From positions 64,233-128,232 of the forward strand of contig PS015252.1 in assembly GCA_048213135.1 (NCBI GenBank): 64,000 bases of DNA, given 5' to 3'. The DNA is from Reclinomonas americana ATCC 50394 (Eukaryota). The position numbers and the translations under genes were made by a program. The notes below the pieces were generated by a model. That model ran no database searches, was not told the DNA's origin, and worked only from the letters and a program-made list of their open reading frames with translations. Positions 11,930-25,813 of this stretch are shown here, piece by piece (the stretch's first letter is position 1; each line of letters begins with the position of its first letter).

Positions 11930-13480
11930 ACAAACAACAACAACAATTTATTCACCAACAAACAAGCAACAGCTGTCTTGATGACNNNNNNNNNNNNNNN
12001 NNNNNNNNNNNNNNNNNNNNNNNNNNNNNNNNNNNNNNNNNNNNNNNNNNNNNNNNNNNNNNNNNNNNNNNNNNNNNNNNNNNNNNNNNNNNNNNNNNNN
12101 NNNNNNNNNNNNNNNNNNNNNNNNNNNNNNNNNNNNNNNNNNNNNNNNNNNNNNNNNNNNNNNNNNNNNNNNNNNNNNNNNNNNNNNNNNNNNNNNNNNN
12201 NNNNNNNNNNNNNNNNNNNNNNNNNNNNNNNNNNNNNNNNNNNNNNNNNNNNNNNNNNNNNNNNNNNNNNNNNNNNNNNNNNNNNNNNNNNNNNNNNNNN
12301 NNNNNNNNNNNNNNNNNNNNNNNNNNNNNNNNNNNNNNNNNNNNNNNNNNNNNNNNNNNNNNNNNNNNNNNNNNNNNNNNNNNNNNNNNNNNNNNNNNNN
12401 NNNNNNNNNNNNNNNNNNNNNNNNNNNNNNNNNNNNNNNNNNNNNNNNNNNNNNNNNNNNNNNNNNNNNNNNNNNNNNNNNNNNNNNNNNNNNNNNNNNN
12501 NNNNNNNNNNNNNNNNNNNNNNNNNNNNNNNNNNNNNNNNNNNNNNNNNNNNNNNNNNNNNNNNNNNNNNNNNNNNNNNNNNNNNNNNNNNNNNNNNNNN
12601 NNNNNNNNNNNNNNNNNNNNNNNNNNNNNNNNNNNNNNNNNTGTACTCTTGAACACCGTCAAACGTGCACCTCAGGATGGGGTCTTCGTCCAGCAGTACT
12701 TGATCGCCGTCAGCGTCCCTGAGCTCCACACTGATGTTGTGGTCAGCGAACGTGCGCCAAGCCGTGTAGTGCTGGCCCTTGTTGCCGATTGGGTCGCCAC
12801 CGCGTCCAGTTCCACCATGCTTCAGATCCGTGCACGGCACCATCTTCTTGTTGTGGTCGATCCTCAGCGGCAGACCGAGCACGTCAGGTAGTGGGCGTTC
12901 CATCACAGCGTCGTAGCAGTCGTCCTTATCCTCCTCCACTGGTCGCAGCTGGCGAGAATCACGCATGTCGATGAACTGCTGAAGGTAGATGGCCCGGCTC
13001 TTGGGTGCGGCCTTCTCCATCATGTAGACAGAGTGGCGCATCCGCATGGCGTCGTTGTGCTGGTTGAGCGGCGTGACACCAAAGCCTTCAGGCCCGTTGC
13101 AGTTGATCATCTTGCTGGCAGTCTTGATACCCTTGTCTCGTTCGCCACCGTGTCTGGTTTTTGTTGTGGTGGTGAGACCGAGCGACATCTTGCATTGCCG
13201 GTTGATGGCCTTGTCGTAGTTCTTGGCCATGGTGTCCGTCACCATACCACCCAGCGAGTAGAACGTTGCCGATGGCACAATGAACCGCTTGATGGCATTG
13301 ACCTTGTGAGTCGGATGCAGCATCGAGTCCACCAGCGTCTGCCCGTTGACCTTGATCTTCTTGTCGAGCAGTTCGGTAACCTTGTTCAGGCCGGGTGTGT
13401 TGGCCACCTCGCCGAAATTGTGGAAGAGCCCGAGAACACGCACAGGTGGGTGCTGTCCACAAATCCCAATTCGAATTAGA
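11930..13480 (-). mobile_element. 5'-truncated non-LTR retrotransposon fragment (RT end/thumb region, R2/RLE-like)
   Basis: Intronless 800+ nt ORF 12642-13480: VRVLG..LVDSMLHPTHKVNAIKRFIVPSATF..YDKAINRQCKMSLGL..GPEGFGVTPL, resembling the YLG..KL..I..P..D..L.L..GGLG thumb pattern. Beyond the gap, AATAAA followed by (TTG)n on the same strand at about 11930-11952 could be the 3' tail. Confidence 0.62.
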
Positions 13481-14380
13481 ATTCATATGCGCACCACGGT
13501 CTCCCATCTGTTGACCGCTTAATCCGTCGTATCTAATGTAGGGTTTCGGTCTGCTGAACCCGATGGCGGTTTGGTTAGCGGTGGTTGCAGGCGTATTCGA
13601 ACAGATTTGGTTCCGATAGCTCCCTTCTGTTTCAACTACGTCACACCTCGACTGCTTTTGCTTGGCCTGCTTCTCGAATCCGGACCCGGCTTTGCTTTGT
13701 TTGCCTGGCTTATGGCCTTTCCCCGAATTCGATGTGCCGTGCGATCGCAGAAAACGCAATGCGTCTGTATGCAAGTGCGTCAAATCCACTGGTCAACCAC
13801 GCTTATGCGGTGAAGATCGCAGTTCTCGACTTGTTCGGAGCNNNNNNNNNNNNNNNNNNNNNNNNNNNNNNNNNNNNNNNNNNNNNNNNNNNNNNNNNNN
13901 NNNNNNNNNNNNNNNNNNNNNNNNNNNNNNNNNNNNNNNNNNNNNNNNNNNNNNNNNNNNNNNNNNNNNNNNNNNNNNNNNNNNNNNNNNNNNNNNNNNN
14001 NNNNNNNNNNNNNNNNNNNNNNNNNNNNNNNNNNNNNNNAGTTGTGGTTTCTCTTGCAGAAACGCCAGCACTGGACATCTCGACTCCGCTCGTGCTGTAC
14101 CCGTGACGTCTGAGTTTCTGGTGCTCACTAAAGATGGTGATCATCATGCAGCTGTGTTGCTGTTTGGATTAGCGAGTGATTATTGTCGTGTTCGTGAATG
14201 AATGCGGTTCCTCTTTCCACGAAAGCTTCACGATACCAACAGTAGCCAACGCAGTGCCAACACCCGATGACCTTGAGCCGGTGATCTGCCACTGCTATCC
14301 CCCACACCCAATTGCCTCGTGCATCCGCTGCCGCTACATTCTCGTTCCTTCTCGTTCCACAAGCACGTGCGAGAAACCAC

Positions 14381-17300
14381 TCAGTAGTCCTCCAGCTCCT
14401 CCTCCACGCCCGTGTCGTCTGCCGCCGCCTCCAGACCCATTTCCTTGTAGATCTTGTTGCGAACTGGCGAGAAAAAAGTGAGCGAGGGGGAAAAACACAC
14501 GCGCGTCACGCAACAACAACAACAACAACAACTCACCCGGCGCGGACACATAGTACGGGATCTGCACGCGACGCTGCTTCATCTTTTCGAGAATCTGGTG
14601 GCAAATCTCCCAGTTCTGCATGTTGTAGTAGTAGTTGAGCATCTCGGCAAAGATGTCGCCGAGGCGCACGGCGCTCTCAATGTCGGGCTCGTCCAGCAGC
14701 TCACGGCACACAGCCAGCATTTGCTCGGTGTCGGTCTGGGCGAATCGTCTGGCCTCGACGAAGCGCTCCACGAGCACGATGCGATGCTGCGATGCGATGG
14801 GGAGGGGGTGAGGGAGGGGAAGAGAGGGAGAAAGAGAGAGGGAAAGAGGGAAAGAGAGAGGTGTCGGGGGAAGACGACAGGTGAAGAGTATATGTGCGTG
14901 AGAGGGAGAAAGAGAGAGCGAAAGAAAGGGCAATACAGGTGTCGCGGACGACTGACAGATGAAGGGAGAGAGCACAGGTCTGTGTGTGTCTGAGAGGAAC
15001 AAGCAAGAAAGTGTGCATGTTGCATTGTTTGTGAGAGAGTGAGAGAGAGAACGGGCGAGGCAGGTATCGCGGTAAACTGATAGGGGGAGGAGAGAGCAAG
15101 CGAGTGAGTATGCGTGGGCAAGTGTGCGTCTGTGTGAGAGAAAGGTGCGGCAGGTGTCGCTGAAGACTGTCAGGTGAAGGGAGAGACACAAGTGCGCATG
15201 AAAAACAGCGAGAAAGTAAGCGAGAGAGAGAGAGAGCGCGCGTGTGTGAGATAGGTGTCGCGGCAGACTGACAGGTGAAGGGAGAGCATAGGTGTGTATG
15301 TGAGAGAGAATGTAAGCGAAGAGAGAGAGAGAGAAGGAGAGTGCGTGCATTTGAGAGACAGATGCATGAAGTGAGAAACACAGACATACAGACACACACA
15401 GTCGCGTTGGCCAACAAACAATGAACGAAAGAGGGCGCACTCTCGATAACAAGATAACACGCAAACGAGATGCAGGGCCGGCCAAAGGACTCTCTCTCTC
15501 TCTAAGTGAGTGTGAATCGGGGAGAGATGAGTCGAAATGGGACGGTGTTTGAGTACTACGGGGCGGCGGAGGTGCGGGGGGTTCTTCCGCACCGCTCTTT
15601 CTCTCTCTCTTGCACTTAAATGACCACACTAGCAGGTGGGTGCACATATGACATGATCTGGAAAACTGCAGCATTCGCTCCCCTGCCACCAAACACGCAC
15701 GCACCTGCAGCTGCTGCACACGGTCGGTCTTGTCACCCTCGCGCGACTTGGCGAGATACTTGGCACTCTCCTTCAATGCTCCAAGAGCCTGCAGCACACA
15801 GACAGTGAGATTTGTGGCAAACCAACCAAGCCACTGAAAGAGACGCAACTTTCTCGTAATCCTGCGCGCACGTAAAGAGCAAAACCGAGGGTGAGCACAG
15901 ACACATGAGAATCCAAATAAGCAACGCGCCACGCACTTGATAGTCGTCAATCTGCAGCGCCACACACGCAAGTCAGTTCTCACACTCTGCACAAATCCAC
16001 TTCACCGCCACTCCGCACCTCAATCTCCGAGCACGAATTGTAAAAGTTGGCGAGGTAGTTGTAGGCCTTGGCCTTTTGGTAAAAGTTGATAATGTTCTGC
16101 ATGATTTCGGGGTCCTGATGCCAGTTCATCGACTGCAGGTAGTTGGCGGCGAGGATGTACGTCTCGCGGTTCTTCAGCACGCCTGCGACACACAGACAGT
16201 CAGTGACCTGCGAGAATGAAAAATTGGCACGCATTCACACACACCAGCGTAAAACACAATGCGCTCCACATCGCCGGACTTGATCAAACTCTTCATGGCG
16301 GCCTTGTTGTCACCGGCCTGCGTGTACTTTCGTGTCGCCAGATGATACGAGCCCTGCTGCTCGCACAGTTGCGCCACACGCATGAGAAGTGTTGTTCGTC
16401 GATTGTTGACGGCCTTGTCCTTGTCCTTTGGTAGCGTCATCTGTACTCCCAACACCATGAGTGCATGTCGCGCAAACAGAGAAGAGATTAGTCAGCGACG
16501 CAACATCCTCAGCCATGCCCTCGGTGATGTTGACACCGTTCTCTTCGCACACATCCAGAGCCTGCAGAAAAACAGCTTCAGCAGCAACGCTCCACAGATT
16601 TCTGCACACGGCGCACGCACCGCTTCGTGCTCGCCAGCCTTGATGTACATGACGGCCGCCTTCTCAAACTGACTGTTCTCCATGAAGAAATCGGCGCATC
16701 GGGCAATGGTTTGTGGATCGGTTGACGAGCTAATGTCACCGGCTGTGATTCCAACAACAAATGAGTGCCAGCAGTAGACCTGCATAAGCATGAAGAGCCT
16801 CACACACCGAGATTCTGCAGAGCAGCAAACTGCGAGTGCGTGAAGCACATGTCAATGGCACGAGGCAGGTCGCCGCCCTTTTGGTACAACATGATGGCCT
16901 TTTCGTAGTCGCCCTGCTCCTCAAAATACCTGCGGATGCATTGTGTGAGGAGGGGAATGCTTGCACAAGGCATTCAACATGCCAGCGCACCGAGCGGCCT
17001 CCAGCTGCACATCGGGAGCCGACTGCAGAGCGAGGCTGGTGACATCCGAATCCATGTTGTGCTGCATGGCTAGCCGAATGGCACGCTTGCGTGATTGGGC
17101 GCGCGTGAAAAAGGTCACCGCGCGCACGGCCTAGCAGCGCACCGCAGTGAGGGACAGCACAACGAGACGCACATGGCCAACTGTACGCAACATTGCCACT
17201 CTCCTCATAGTGCTCGCCCAGGACGTAGTACGAGGCACGGTCGTCGGCATCCTGCGCCATGGACTCGGCCTGTGTGTGTGTGTGCGGGGGAGAATAATGA

Positions 17301-20300
17301 GTCGCGATAGGTCACAGGGGCGGGCAAAGAATCACTTGCCTCTCCAACTCGCTTCAGCACACACAGCACACGACATTGGTGCGCCGTGTCCTCGGCCAGT
17401 CGGTAGTACCGCAGCGCCTCGTCGGGGTGGCCCTCCCACTCGGAGTATTGTGCCCACCAGCGGTACAGGTACTGCGGGGGGAGTAGGAGGAGGGAGAGGA
17501 GGAAGAGGGGAAGGAGAGGGAGGAGAGGGGAAGAATATTCGGTCAGTTTGTGAGGGGATGCAAAGAGGAGAACGAGAAATGAAGACTGCAGTGAGAAAGG
17601 ATGACGGCAACGAGGAAGGATGACTGCAATAAAGAAGGAGGGCTGCACCGCGAGAGGATGATTTTCAACAAAGAAGGAGGACTTCAACGAGAAATGAAGA
17701 CTGCAATGAGAAGCGAGGGCTGGCCAAGGGGAAGGACAACTGCAACAGGCAAAGAACTGAAACGAGACGCGGTGACTGCAACGAGGAAGGACGACTGCAA
17801 CGAGAAGATTGCTGCGTGGCCATAATTCAGAATGGGCGACACAGAACAACAAAGAAATGAATGTGTCTGAAGAGAAGGAGCCTCTCGTCGAAGAGACACA
17901 TTCACTCGCTCTCTCTCGCTCGCCTCACTCACTCGCGCGCATGCGCGCTGCCACACACTATTTCACCTTCACCAGCTGTCCTCTTACGAGCTCCCTCGCT
18001 CTCTCTCTCTCTCTCTCAAACACCCAACACAAACTTACCCTGCGCGAATTCCCTCTTCCCCCCACTCCCCTTTCCCCCACCCACACACGCACCTTATCCT
18101 GCGAACGGTCAATATACGACTGCAAGTCACCGGCACGCCCCTCGGCGAGCATCGCTCGCGGAACCTCGTGCCTGCGGCCCCAGCACACACATCGATTGTC
18201 AACATATCGTGTCGCATCATTCACCAACTACTTGCGCAGCAAACTCCACCTTGCGGTTCCCGCCTTCTCGAACTCGACAATGGCCTCATTGAAGCGACCG
18301 ATGCTCTGCAGATACTTGCCATACAGGTGGTACGTGTTCTTCAAATGAATGCGATCACGCGCCTCGGCAATCTCCAGTGCCTTCTCCCAGTCGCCACGGC
18401 TCTGCACACAACATGGAGGCCTCATCAGCGACTTGGTCACAAATCCAGGAATCTAGCACCGAAGAAACGCCACCTGATACAGCTTGTTCAACAAGTCGTA
18501 CCGACCGCAGTCACGATACAGATTCTCGGCGTCCTCAAACATGCCCAGCTCAATGGCCAGTGCGGCCACTTGTGCCTCCAGTTGCGGCTCGGTTCGCGCC
18601 TATCGGATGCACCGCCATGTGAGACACACAGAGGCATTCAGTACGTGTCACATCTTCAAACGTACCTCGCGCACAGCCATTGCGCCCTTTGCGTTCTCCA
18701 GATTGCCCATGCAAATCTCGGCCACATCCATACGCCGCGTCTTGACGCACATTTGCGCCATATTCTTCCACACACGCTTGTCCTTGATCTTCTTCACCGC
18801 CTTGTAGGCCTCGTCCATGTTGCTCACCGTCAGGTAGAACGAGAAGGAGATGAGTGCGTCACGCGTGTCGTCGTCGCTGAGCTCGATGCCTTGGAAATCG
18901 CGCATCGTGTAGGCGACGACATTGGCGCCCGGGGCACCAGATGCACTCGCGGCCATTTCCTGTGGAGAGGGAGAAGAGGGTTGAGGAGGGGCAACAGCGA
19001 ACAAATACCGGGTTGAAAAGGCTCGAATCTCGGCCTCTCTTTCTGATCATTTTCAAGCTCAATCGCAACTCCTCCGTCTAAAGTGTTACTGTACAGCTCC
19101 CGATTCTATCGATCTCATGCACAGTCGTGATACGAAAATGCACAATTGGTTGCAACCCGCAAACTTCTAGCATCTCCCCCTTCCCCCTATCCTCTCTCCA
19201 TCCAGTCCCACTCACCGACTGCTTGCCACCCAGGAAGTAGAGGCTCGGTGTCCGCACCGCCAGCAGCGCGGAGAAGGCGCGATCCATGGCGAACGAGTCA
19301 CTCAGCACGAGTCCGTACTCGAGCGGGGAGGTGGCATACAGCGAGTCCACTTGCATGCGGCCGATTTGCGAGGCGGTGCGTGCATCGCGATCGGCATCCG
19401 GACCACTCTGTCCGTCCTGCGTACACAAGAGAACAATAAGCACACTCATTACTCCGCACGCGCGCAGCAAGCTTGGTGATGATATAAACACACCTGTCCG
19501 CGATTGAACTTGGTCTCCACCAGCAGCAACTTCTCATCGACCGTGTCCCAGAACAGCGACACAGGATAGCGGCGCGACGAGGTAAAGTCGTACGAGATCA
19601 CCTCGTGCTGGTCAATGTCGAACACGTACACGCTGTGTAGGACGATTTTAGTGCGCAGAAGGAAGGAGGGAGGATAAGTGTGAGANNNNNNNNNNNNNNN
19701 NNNNNAGAGAGGGAGGAGGAGAGGGAGGAGGAGAAGGGGAGAAGGGGAGAAGGGGAGAAGGGGAGAAGGGGAGAAGGGGAGAAGGGGAGAAGAGGGAAGA
19801 GGGAAGAGGGAAGAGGGAAGAGGGAAGAGGGAAGAGGGAAGAGGGAGGGGGAAGAGGGAGGGACTCAGCATGTCGTTCGTGACATGAGACGAGACGCAAC
19901 TCTGGAGCCAGAACCTGCGCTCCCGGCGAGATGGCCTTGGGTTCGCGACCCTTCAATGCAAACAACTTGATAAAGTTTTGGTTCGTGCACTGATTGCGTG
20001 GCACAGGTAAACAAACAACGGACCACACATGTGGCTCGGAGGACGACGCAACAACAGCCAACACATCGTTGAAAATATCAATCAGCACCGGCTCGCCCTG
20101 CACCTCGGTGAACGGCAGCTTGCGAATCTCTTGGCCCTGCGAGCGCGTTGAGAAACACGCCATGGCCACCACCACCTTGGCAGCCCACGCTTGCACGCAA
20201 CAGTCAGCGACAGCACAGCGACTCCATCCTCGGCCACAGTGTACAAATTGTCGCGGTAAACGCGAATGGCGCTCGTGGTGCACTCAAACACACTGCGCTG

Positions 20301-23300
20301 CTCCCACGCTGTGCCAGCACAAAATCACACATTTAGGTCGATGCGCTGCAGCGGTCAACAAGACGCGCGCACGCAACTCCTCGTGCGCAATTGGAAGCTG
20401 AAGCACTCGACGTGACGGCCGTTCCACACCACGGCCTGCTGCTCGGCCACATCCAGTCCCTTGATGCGCACCTGGCATTGCACGAGAATCGACTCGGTGG
20501 GTGGCTGTATGATATGCAGAGGGTGAGTGTGAAATTATTCAAAGATTGCGCAAGAGGCGGCGGCGGCGGCAACGCAACAGCGCCCAGCGGCTGCACGACA
20601 AACTGGTTGGAGGAGATTTGCACAGCGGTAATGTCGCCGCGCGTCTCTCGTCGCAGGATCTCTTCGTGCAGAATGAAGACGCCATCGCCGGTCTCCGCGC
20701 ACAAGAGGTCGTCTCGCGGACCTGCATGCGACGACAGTGAGAACTAGCACAAGGGCGAGCAGAAGTGCAATTGAGTGCGCACCCCAGCTCAGGTTGGTGA
20801 CTGTGCTCTCCATGGGCACGTGGTGGATGAGTTCCCAGTCCTCTTCTTGTGTCGATGGACCGACGGTGCTGACAAACTGCCAGAGGAAGATGCGGCCTTC
20901 CGAGGTGGCGGCTGGAGAGGGGGGGAAGGGAGGGAAGGGGGGGGGGGGGAGGGAAATAAGGGAAATTGGAGAGGAGGAAGGAGGGAAGAAAGAGGGACAG
21001 AAAAGGGAGAGAAAGAAGGAGAGAAAGAGGGAGAGGAGAAGGGAGGATCGGAAAGGGAGGGTAAAGAGGAAAGATGTGGAAGAATGGGGAGGAGACAAAG
21101 GCAAAGAAAGAGAGCGTGTGAAGGAGTGAAAGACACACAAACACACAGTGACGAGACATAGAGAGATAGAAGACAGAACAACAGAGACAGATAGACAATA
21201 ACAAAGAAGCATACGGAAAGAAAGACAGAACGACAAACGAAAGCAAGAAGAGAGCTAGAATGTAAGTACGAGAGGGAGAGAAAAAGAAAAGAAGAAAAAG
21301 GAAGTGAGTCAGAAAGCAAGATGAGCAGAATGGAAGCTCGACAGAAATGGAGAGACACAAAGTGAAAGAAAGAAATACAAACGCAGAAGAGACAGAGAGA
21401 GAGAGACAAGGAATAAGGGAGAGTGGGAAATAGAAGAAGAAAGAGAGACGTCTCTAGGCGATCACTAACCAGCAATCACACGCTTGCGCGAGTTGAACGA
21501 GACGGCGGTGAAACGATGAGCGGCACGCAGCGGTGCGCCGGCCTCTGCATGCACCAGAACAAAACGTGAGCGCCAGCGATTCTCCTGCTCAATCTCGCCC
21601 CCCTTCCGCCACTGTACCTTCGGGCAGATCGATCACCGGGTGCAGTGTGTAGTGGTCGTCGGTCTCGAGATTGAGGACGCGCACAAAGTTCTCACCGGCG
21701 GCCGTGGCCAGCAGACTCGGGCCGACCCACACGCCCTTGCAGAGACGGGCGGCGCCGGATTCGGTGACTGCACCGCTGACCTTGACCTTCATGGTTTGCA
21801 CCAGTTTCTTGTCGTTGGTCAGCTGGAATTGCACCAGCACGGAGCCTGCGGGGAGAGAAGAGAGGGGTAAGGGAGAGGAAGGGGAGGGAGAGATGGGAGA
21901 GGATGGCAGGTGTGTTGACAAGAGGGAGGAGCGAAAGAAAATGAGAGAGAAGCAACCCTGACCAAGTTCAATTTTCCGTCAACACAAGCTCCAGACTTCT
22001 ATGTGTTTCTCTCCCTCTCTCCTTCCCTCCCCCCATCCGCTCCTCTCCCTCCCAACGAGAGCAAATTGAGGGAACAAACATGACATTAGGGATGGCAGAG
22101 AGACACTGTACACGTGACAAGGCGAAGATAGTAGAAACGAGAAAACTGGTATGACATGGGGAATGACAGAAAGGGAACGACAGAGTGTGACAAGACACAG
22201 AATGAGGCAATGAAAGAGGGTGGAAACATGCAAGGCGTGGAGACAGGAGAAGGAAGACAAGAGGTAAAACAGAAGACAATGAGCCAGGATGAAGACAGCT
22301 AGAGACACAAGGTAAGTGCTTGCATATCAGAGTCCTCTCCCTCCCATCCGCTCCTCTCTCTCTCTCCTTGTCCCTTCTCTCTTCCTCCAACCTCAAAAGA
22401 TCGAGAAACCACACACAGACACAGAAGCAACAACCAACCTGTGGTGAGCGCCACCAAGCACTGACGGGCCTCGTCCCACAGCAGTACAGCGATGGAGGCA
22501 CCAATCGGGCACGCCACCGAGCAGTGGCCGAGATCGTCCGCCAGATACACGTCTCCCTCGTCTGACGACACAAAGGCGGGTGGCGCTGCATCGAATCCCT
22601 CGGCCTCCTGCACCGGCGCCAAGATCGAGTTCGTGGCAAACACGCAGTGAGACATGCGTCCGCTCTCCGAGTACTTGTGCAGCATGTTGAACTGGCGGCC
22701 GTCGCCCGACCACGCCGAGATGGCGCCCTCCTGTCAATGGGAGAAGTCGGTGAGCACACAAGTGTGTGCGCAGGAGGAATGCACAAGTGAACGAAACGGT
22801 GTTGCCGACAAACACACGACCGCCTTCAGGTGAGTACTGCACAAACGACACGGGGGATTCGCCAAGTGATGGATTCTCCACGAGGCGGCGGTCGCGCTCG
22901 TTCCAGATGGTTACGCAGCCTGTCATAGCGAGGGAAATGAGAAAGCGAGAGGGAGGAGCAACACAGGGGAGACGAGACAGGCAAACAGATGAAGCAGACC
23001 GTATGAGGCAGACAAATAAGCTCTCAATTATATGTTTTTGTGAGCTCGGGCACACAACACACATAGAGGAGACGTACACAGTAAAGCAGACAGTGTGGGG
23101 CAACAAGCTTTTTTGAGAGACACTATGACGCAGATGCATTGTGAGACACGCACAGACTCACACACAAACAAACTCACATACAGTGAGACACACAGTGAGA
23201 AGTACACACACGTGCAGACCCACAAACAGTGACACACACACACACACACACACAAACATGGAAGAAGAGAGAAAGACAGAGCATTCAGAGAACGAAGACG

Positions 23301-23704
23301 CACTACGAGGGGGCGGGCGTACATAGAAAGAGGAGATGTAACAGAACACATAACTGGATAGCCAAACACATCGCGCACAGGAGAGTAAACAGAACACAAT
23401 GAGATCCAAGTTAGCAGTAGGGACACAGAGATGAACAAAGCAGTGTAGACGCACAACTGAGAGAATAGGGACACATGAATCAACGCGGTAGGGGTCTCTG
23501 CGAGGAAGAGAACGCAGACTGAGAGGCATGCAACACGCACCATCCTCCCATCCAACAACCAAGATCTTCTGTCGCGGATGCCAGCACATGCACGTGGCAA
23601 CGCTCTTGCGACGGAACGCCAGCGGCTCAATGCGATCGCCCTGTGAGTTAGAAAAAAACAACAAAACGAAAATGAGACGATGGGGGTGGGAGGGGAGCAA
23701 GGGG

Positions 23705-23746
<42 letters not shown>

Positions 23747-24132
23747 GAGAGAGAGGAGAGAGAGGAGAAGAAGAGAGAACGAGTAGTAGTTCGGGAGTGT
23801 GTGTGGAGAGAGAGAGAGAGANNNNNNNNNNNNNNNNNNNNNNNNNNNNNNNNNNNNNNNNNNNNNNNNNNNNNNNNNNNNNNNNNNNNNNNNNNNNNNN
23901 NNNNNNNNNNNNNNNNNNNNNNNNNNNNNNNNNNNNNNNNNNNNNNNNNNNNNNNNNNNNNNNNNNNNNNNNNNNNNNNNNNNNNNNNNNNNNNNNNNNN
24001 NNNNNNNNNNNNNNNNNNNNNNNNNNNNNNNNNNNNNNNNNNNNNNNNNNNNNNNNNNNNNNNNNNNNNNNNNNNNNNNNNNNNNNNNNNNNNNNNNNNN
24101 NNNNNNNNNNNNNNNNNNNNNNNNNGAGAGAG

Positions 24133-24194
<62 letters not shown>

Positions 24195-24593
24195 AAGGGA
24201 GAGAAAGGGAGAGACAGAAGGGAGAGACAGGGAGAGACAGAGAGTGGTGTGTGTGAGAGTGTGCGTGTGTGTGTGCGCGTGTGTCTGAGAGAGTGAGAGA
24301 GAGAGAGAGAGAGAGATTCATGCACGCATACACACACAGTACACACATACACACACTTCTTCGTGTGACAGGAGAGTGCGCGTGACTTCCACAAGTGTCT
24401 GTTATATGATCAGTTGCACTCTCACTCTCTCATTCTCTCATTCTCTCTCTCTCTCTCACACACTGACCTCCTCATTGTGAATTGTGACTGATCCCGTGCT
24501 TGAACCACACGCCAACAAAGCGTACTTGGAGTGCCACGCTTGCACCGCGCACTCAGTCGCCAAATCCACAGAGAACAGGTTGAAAACACTCAT
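14381..24593 (-). CDS. IFT140: Intraflagellar transport protein 140 (IFT-A; WD40 + TPR)
   Basis: About 31 exons walked: [183 protein letters not shown], stop TGA 14381-14383. An exon is probably hidden in the gap at about 19686-19705. Confidence 0.96.
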
Positions 24594-25179
24594 TCTTTTC
24601 TCTCTCTCTTTCTCTCTTTCTCACACACACAGAGAGAGGCACACACACTCAACGCACAGTGTCAACCGACTCGCAGAGAGACACTGTGCGAGTGATTGAG
24701 AGACAGTTGTGTGGAGCGCGAGCGCCAAACCACGCAACGCGCTTTTTTCGCGCGCAAATTTCTTTTTTTGTGAAAGTGATTGCGAGGTGTAGGGAAGGGA
24801 GAGAATGGAGGAGAGAAGGGTGTTAGGCGGCAACTGCGGGGAGAATTCGAATTCGAAAGCATGCCTATTTGGCAAACAAGTCCCGGCGCAGCGAATTCGA
24901 AGGAGCTTTTTTATTCTCAACATCGAAGTTGTAGAAAGAAAGCACACGAGGTTGTTGGCGATCACTGTTAGATGCTCATTGTTGTGTTGTCTCAGTGAAG
25001 TTCTATCATTATTTTGAGATTTCATAACGCAGATCGCATCGATATCACTCTCGACGGCGCTGCGTTCCCTCTGCAACTTTTGCAATCCAAACACGGAGAC
25101 ATCACAGAAACAGCACACAAAAAAGCTGAACGTTGGCGTTGTTTTGGAAAAGAAACCGTCTGACCGCCATCGATTTCGA

Positions 25180-25480
25180 CCGTACCCAATGAGTTCGCCA
25201 AGCTCGAGCTCGCTGCGTACAAGTCGACTGCGGCTCCGGTTCCACTGTGCATCCATGACCTTCAATGCGCACAACCAGAAAGGATCAGCGTGATGCGACA
25301 GCGCGAGAGCACATCTGCAAATGGAACAGAGGTGCAAGCGTTGCCCCGCTTGATGCACCACCGCAGCGAGCTTCGCTGCAAATCCCTGTATCTCCTGCGC
25401 AAGAGGTGTACACACTCACCGATATCAGACTTGCGGAGGTCAGGAATGGACCAGGAAGCACTGGTACTTACCAATAGTGC
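25180..25480 (+). pseudogene. Possible decayed hAT transposase C-terminal (dimerisation domain) remnant
   Basis: Frame-shifted pieces KLELAAYKS..EHICKWNR..ALPRL..LQIPVSPAQE..RRSGMDQEAL loosely recall the EL..Y..WW..FP.L..LSIPxS..R.RM motif order. No TIRs identified. Confidence 0.3.
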
Positions 25481-25813
25481 GGCGTTCGATCAGCTGATTT
25501 CAACAACAACACTGATGCTGCAAGGTGGCGCACTACAGGAAGCACAGACACTCACCGACATCTAACGCGCGAAGGGCGATCAACTGGCTTCAACCGACGT
25601 TGCAAGGTGATCTCCAGCCGAAAACCACGCTCCACGGACGGCTGCAAACTCAAGCTTGCTTTCCCCCTTCCCCCCTGTCCCCTCTACCCCATTCCTCCCT
25701 TCAATCTGACTGCATCGCCTTGCTTCTTTGTACACTGTTGTACGTTGATCTGGGAATTTCGTAACCAACTCTCTGATTCCTACCCCACCACCACCACCGC
25801 CTGCATCGATCGC

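Noticed and set aside
24841-24860. Heat-shock element upstream of IFT140
   Set aside because: GAATTC/TTCGAA lack the 2 nt spacing of nGAAnnTTCn.
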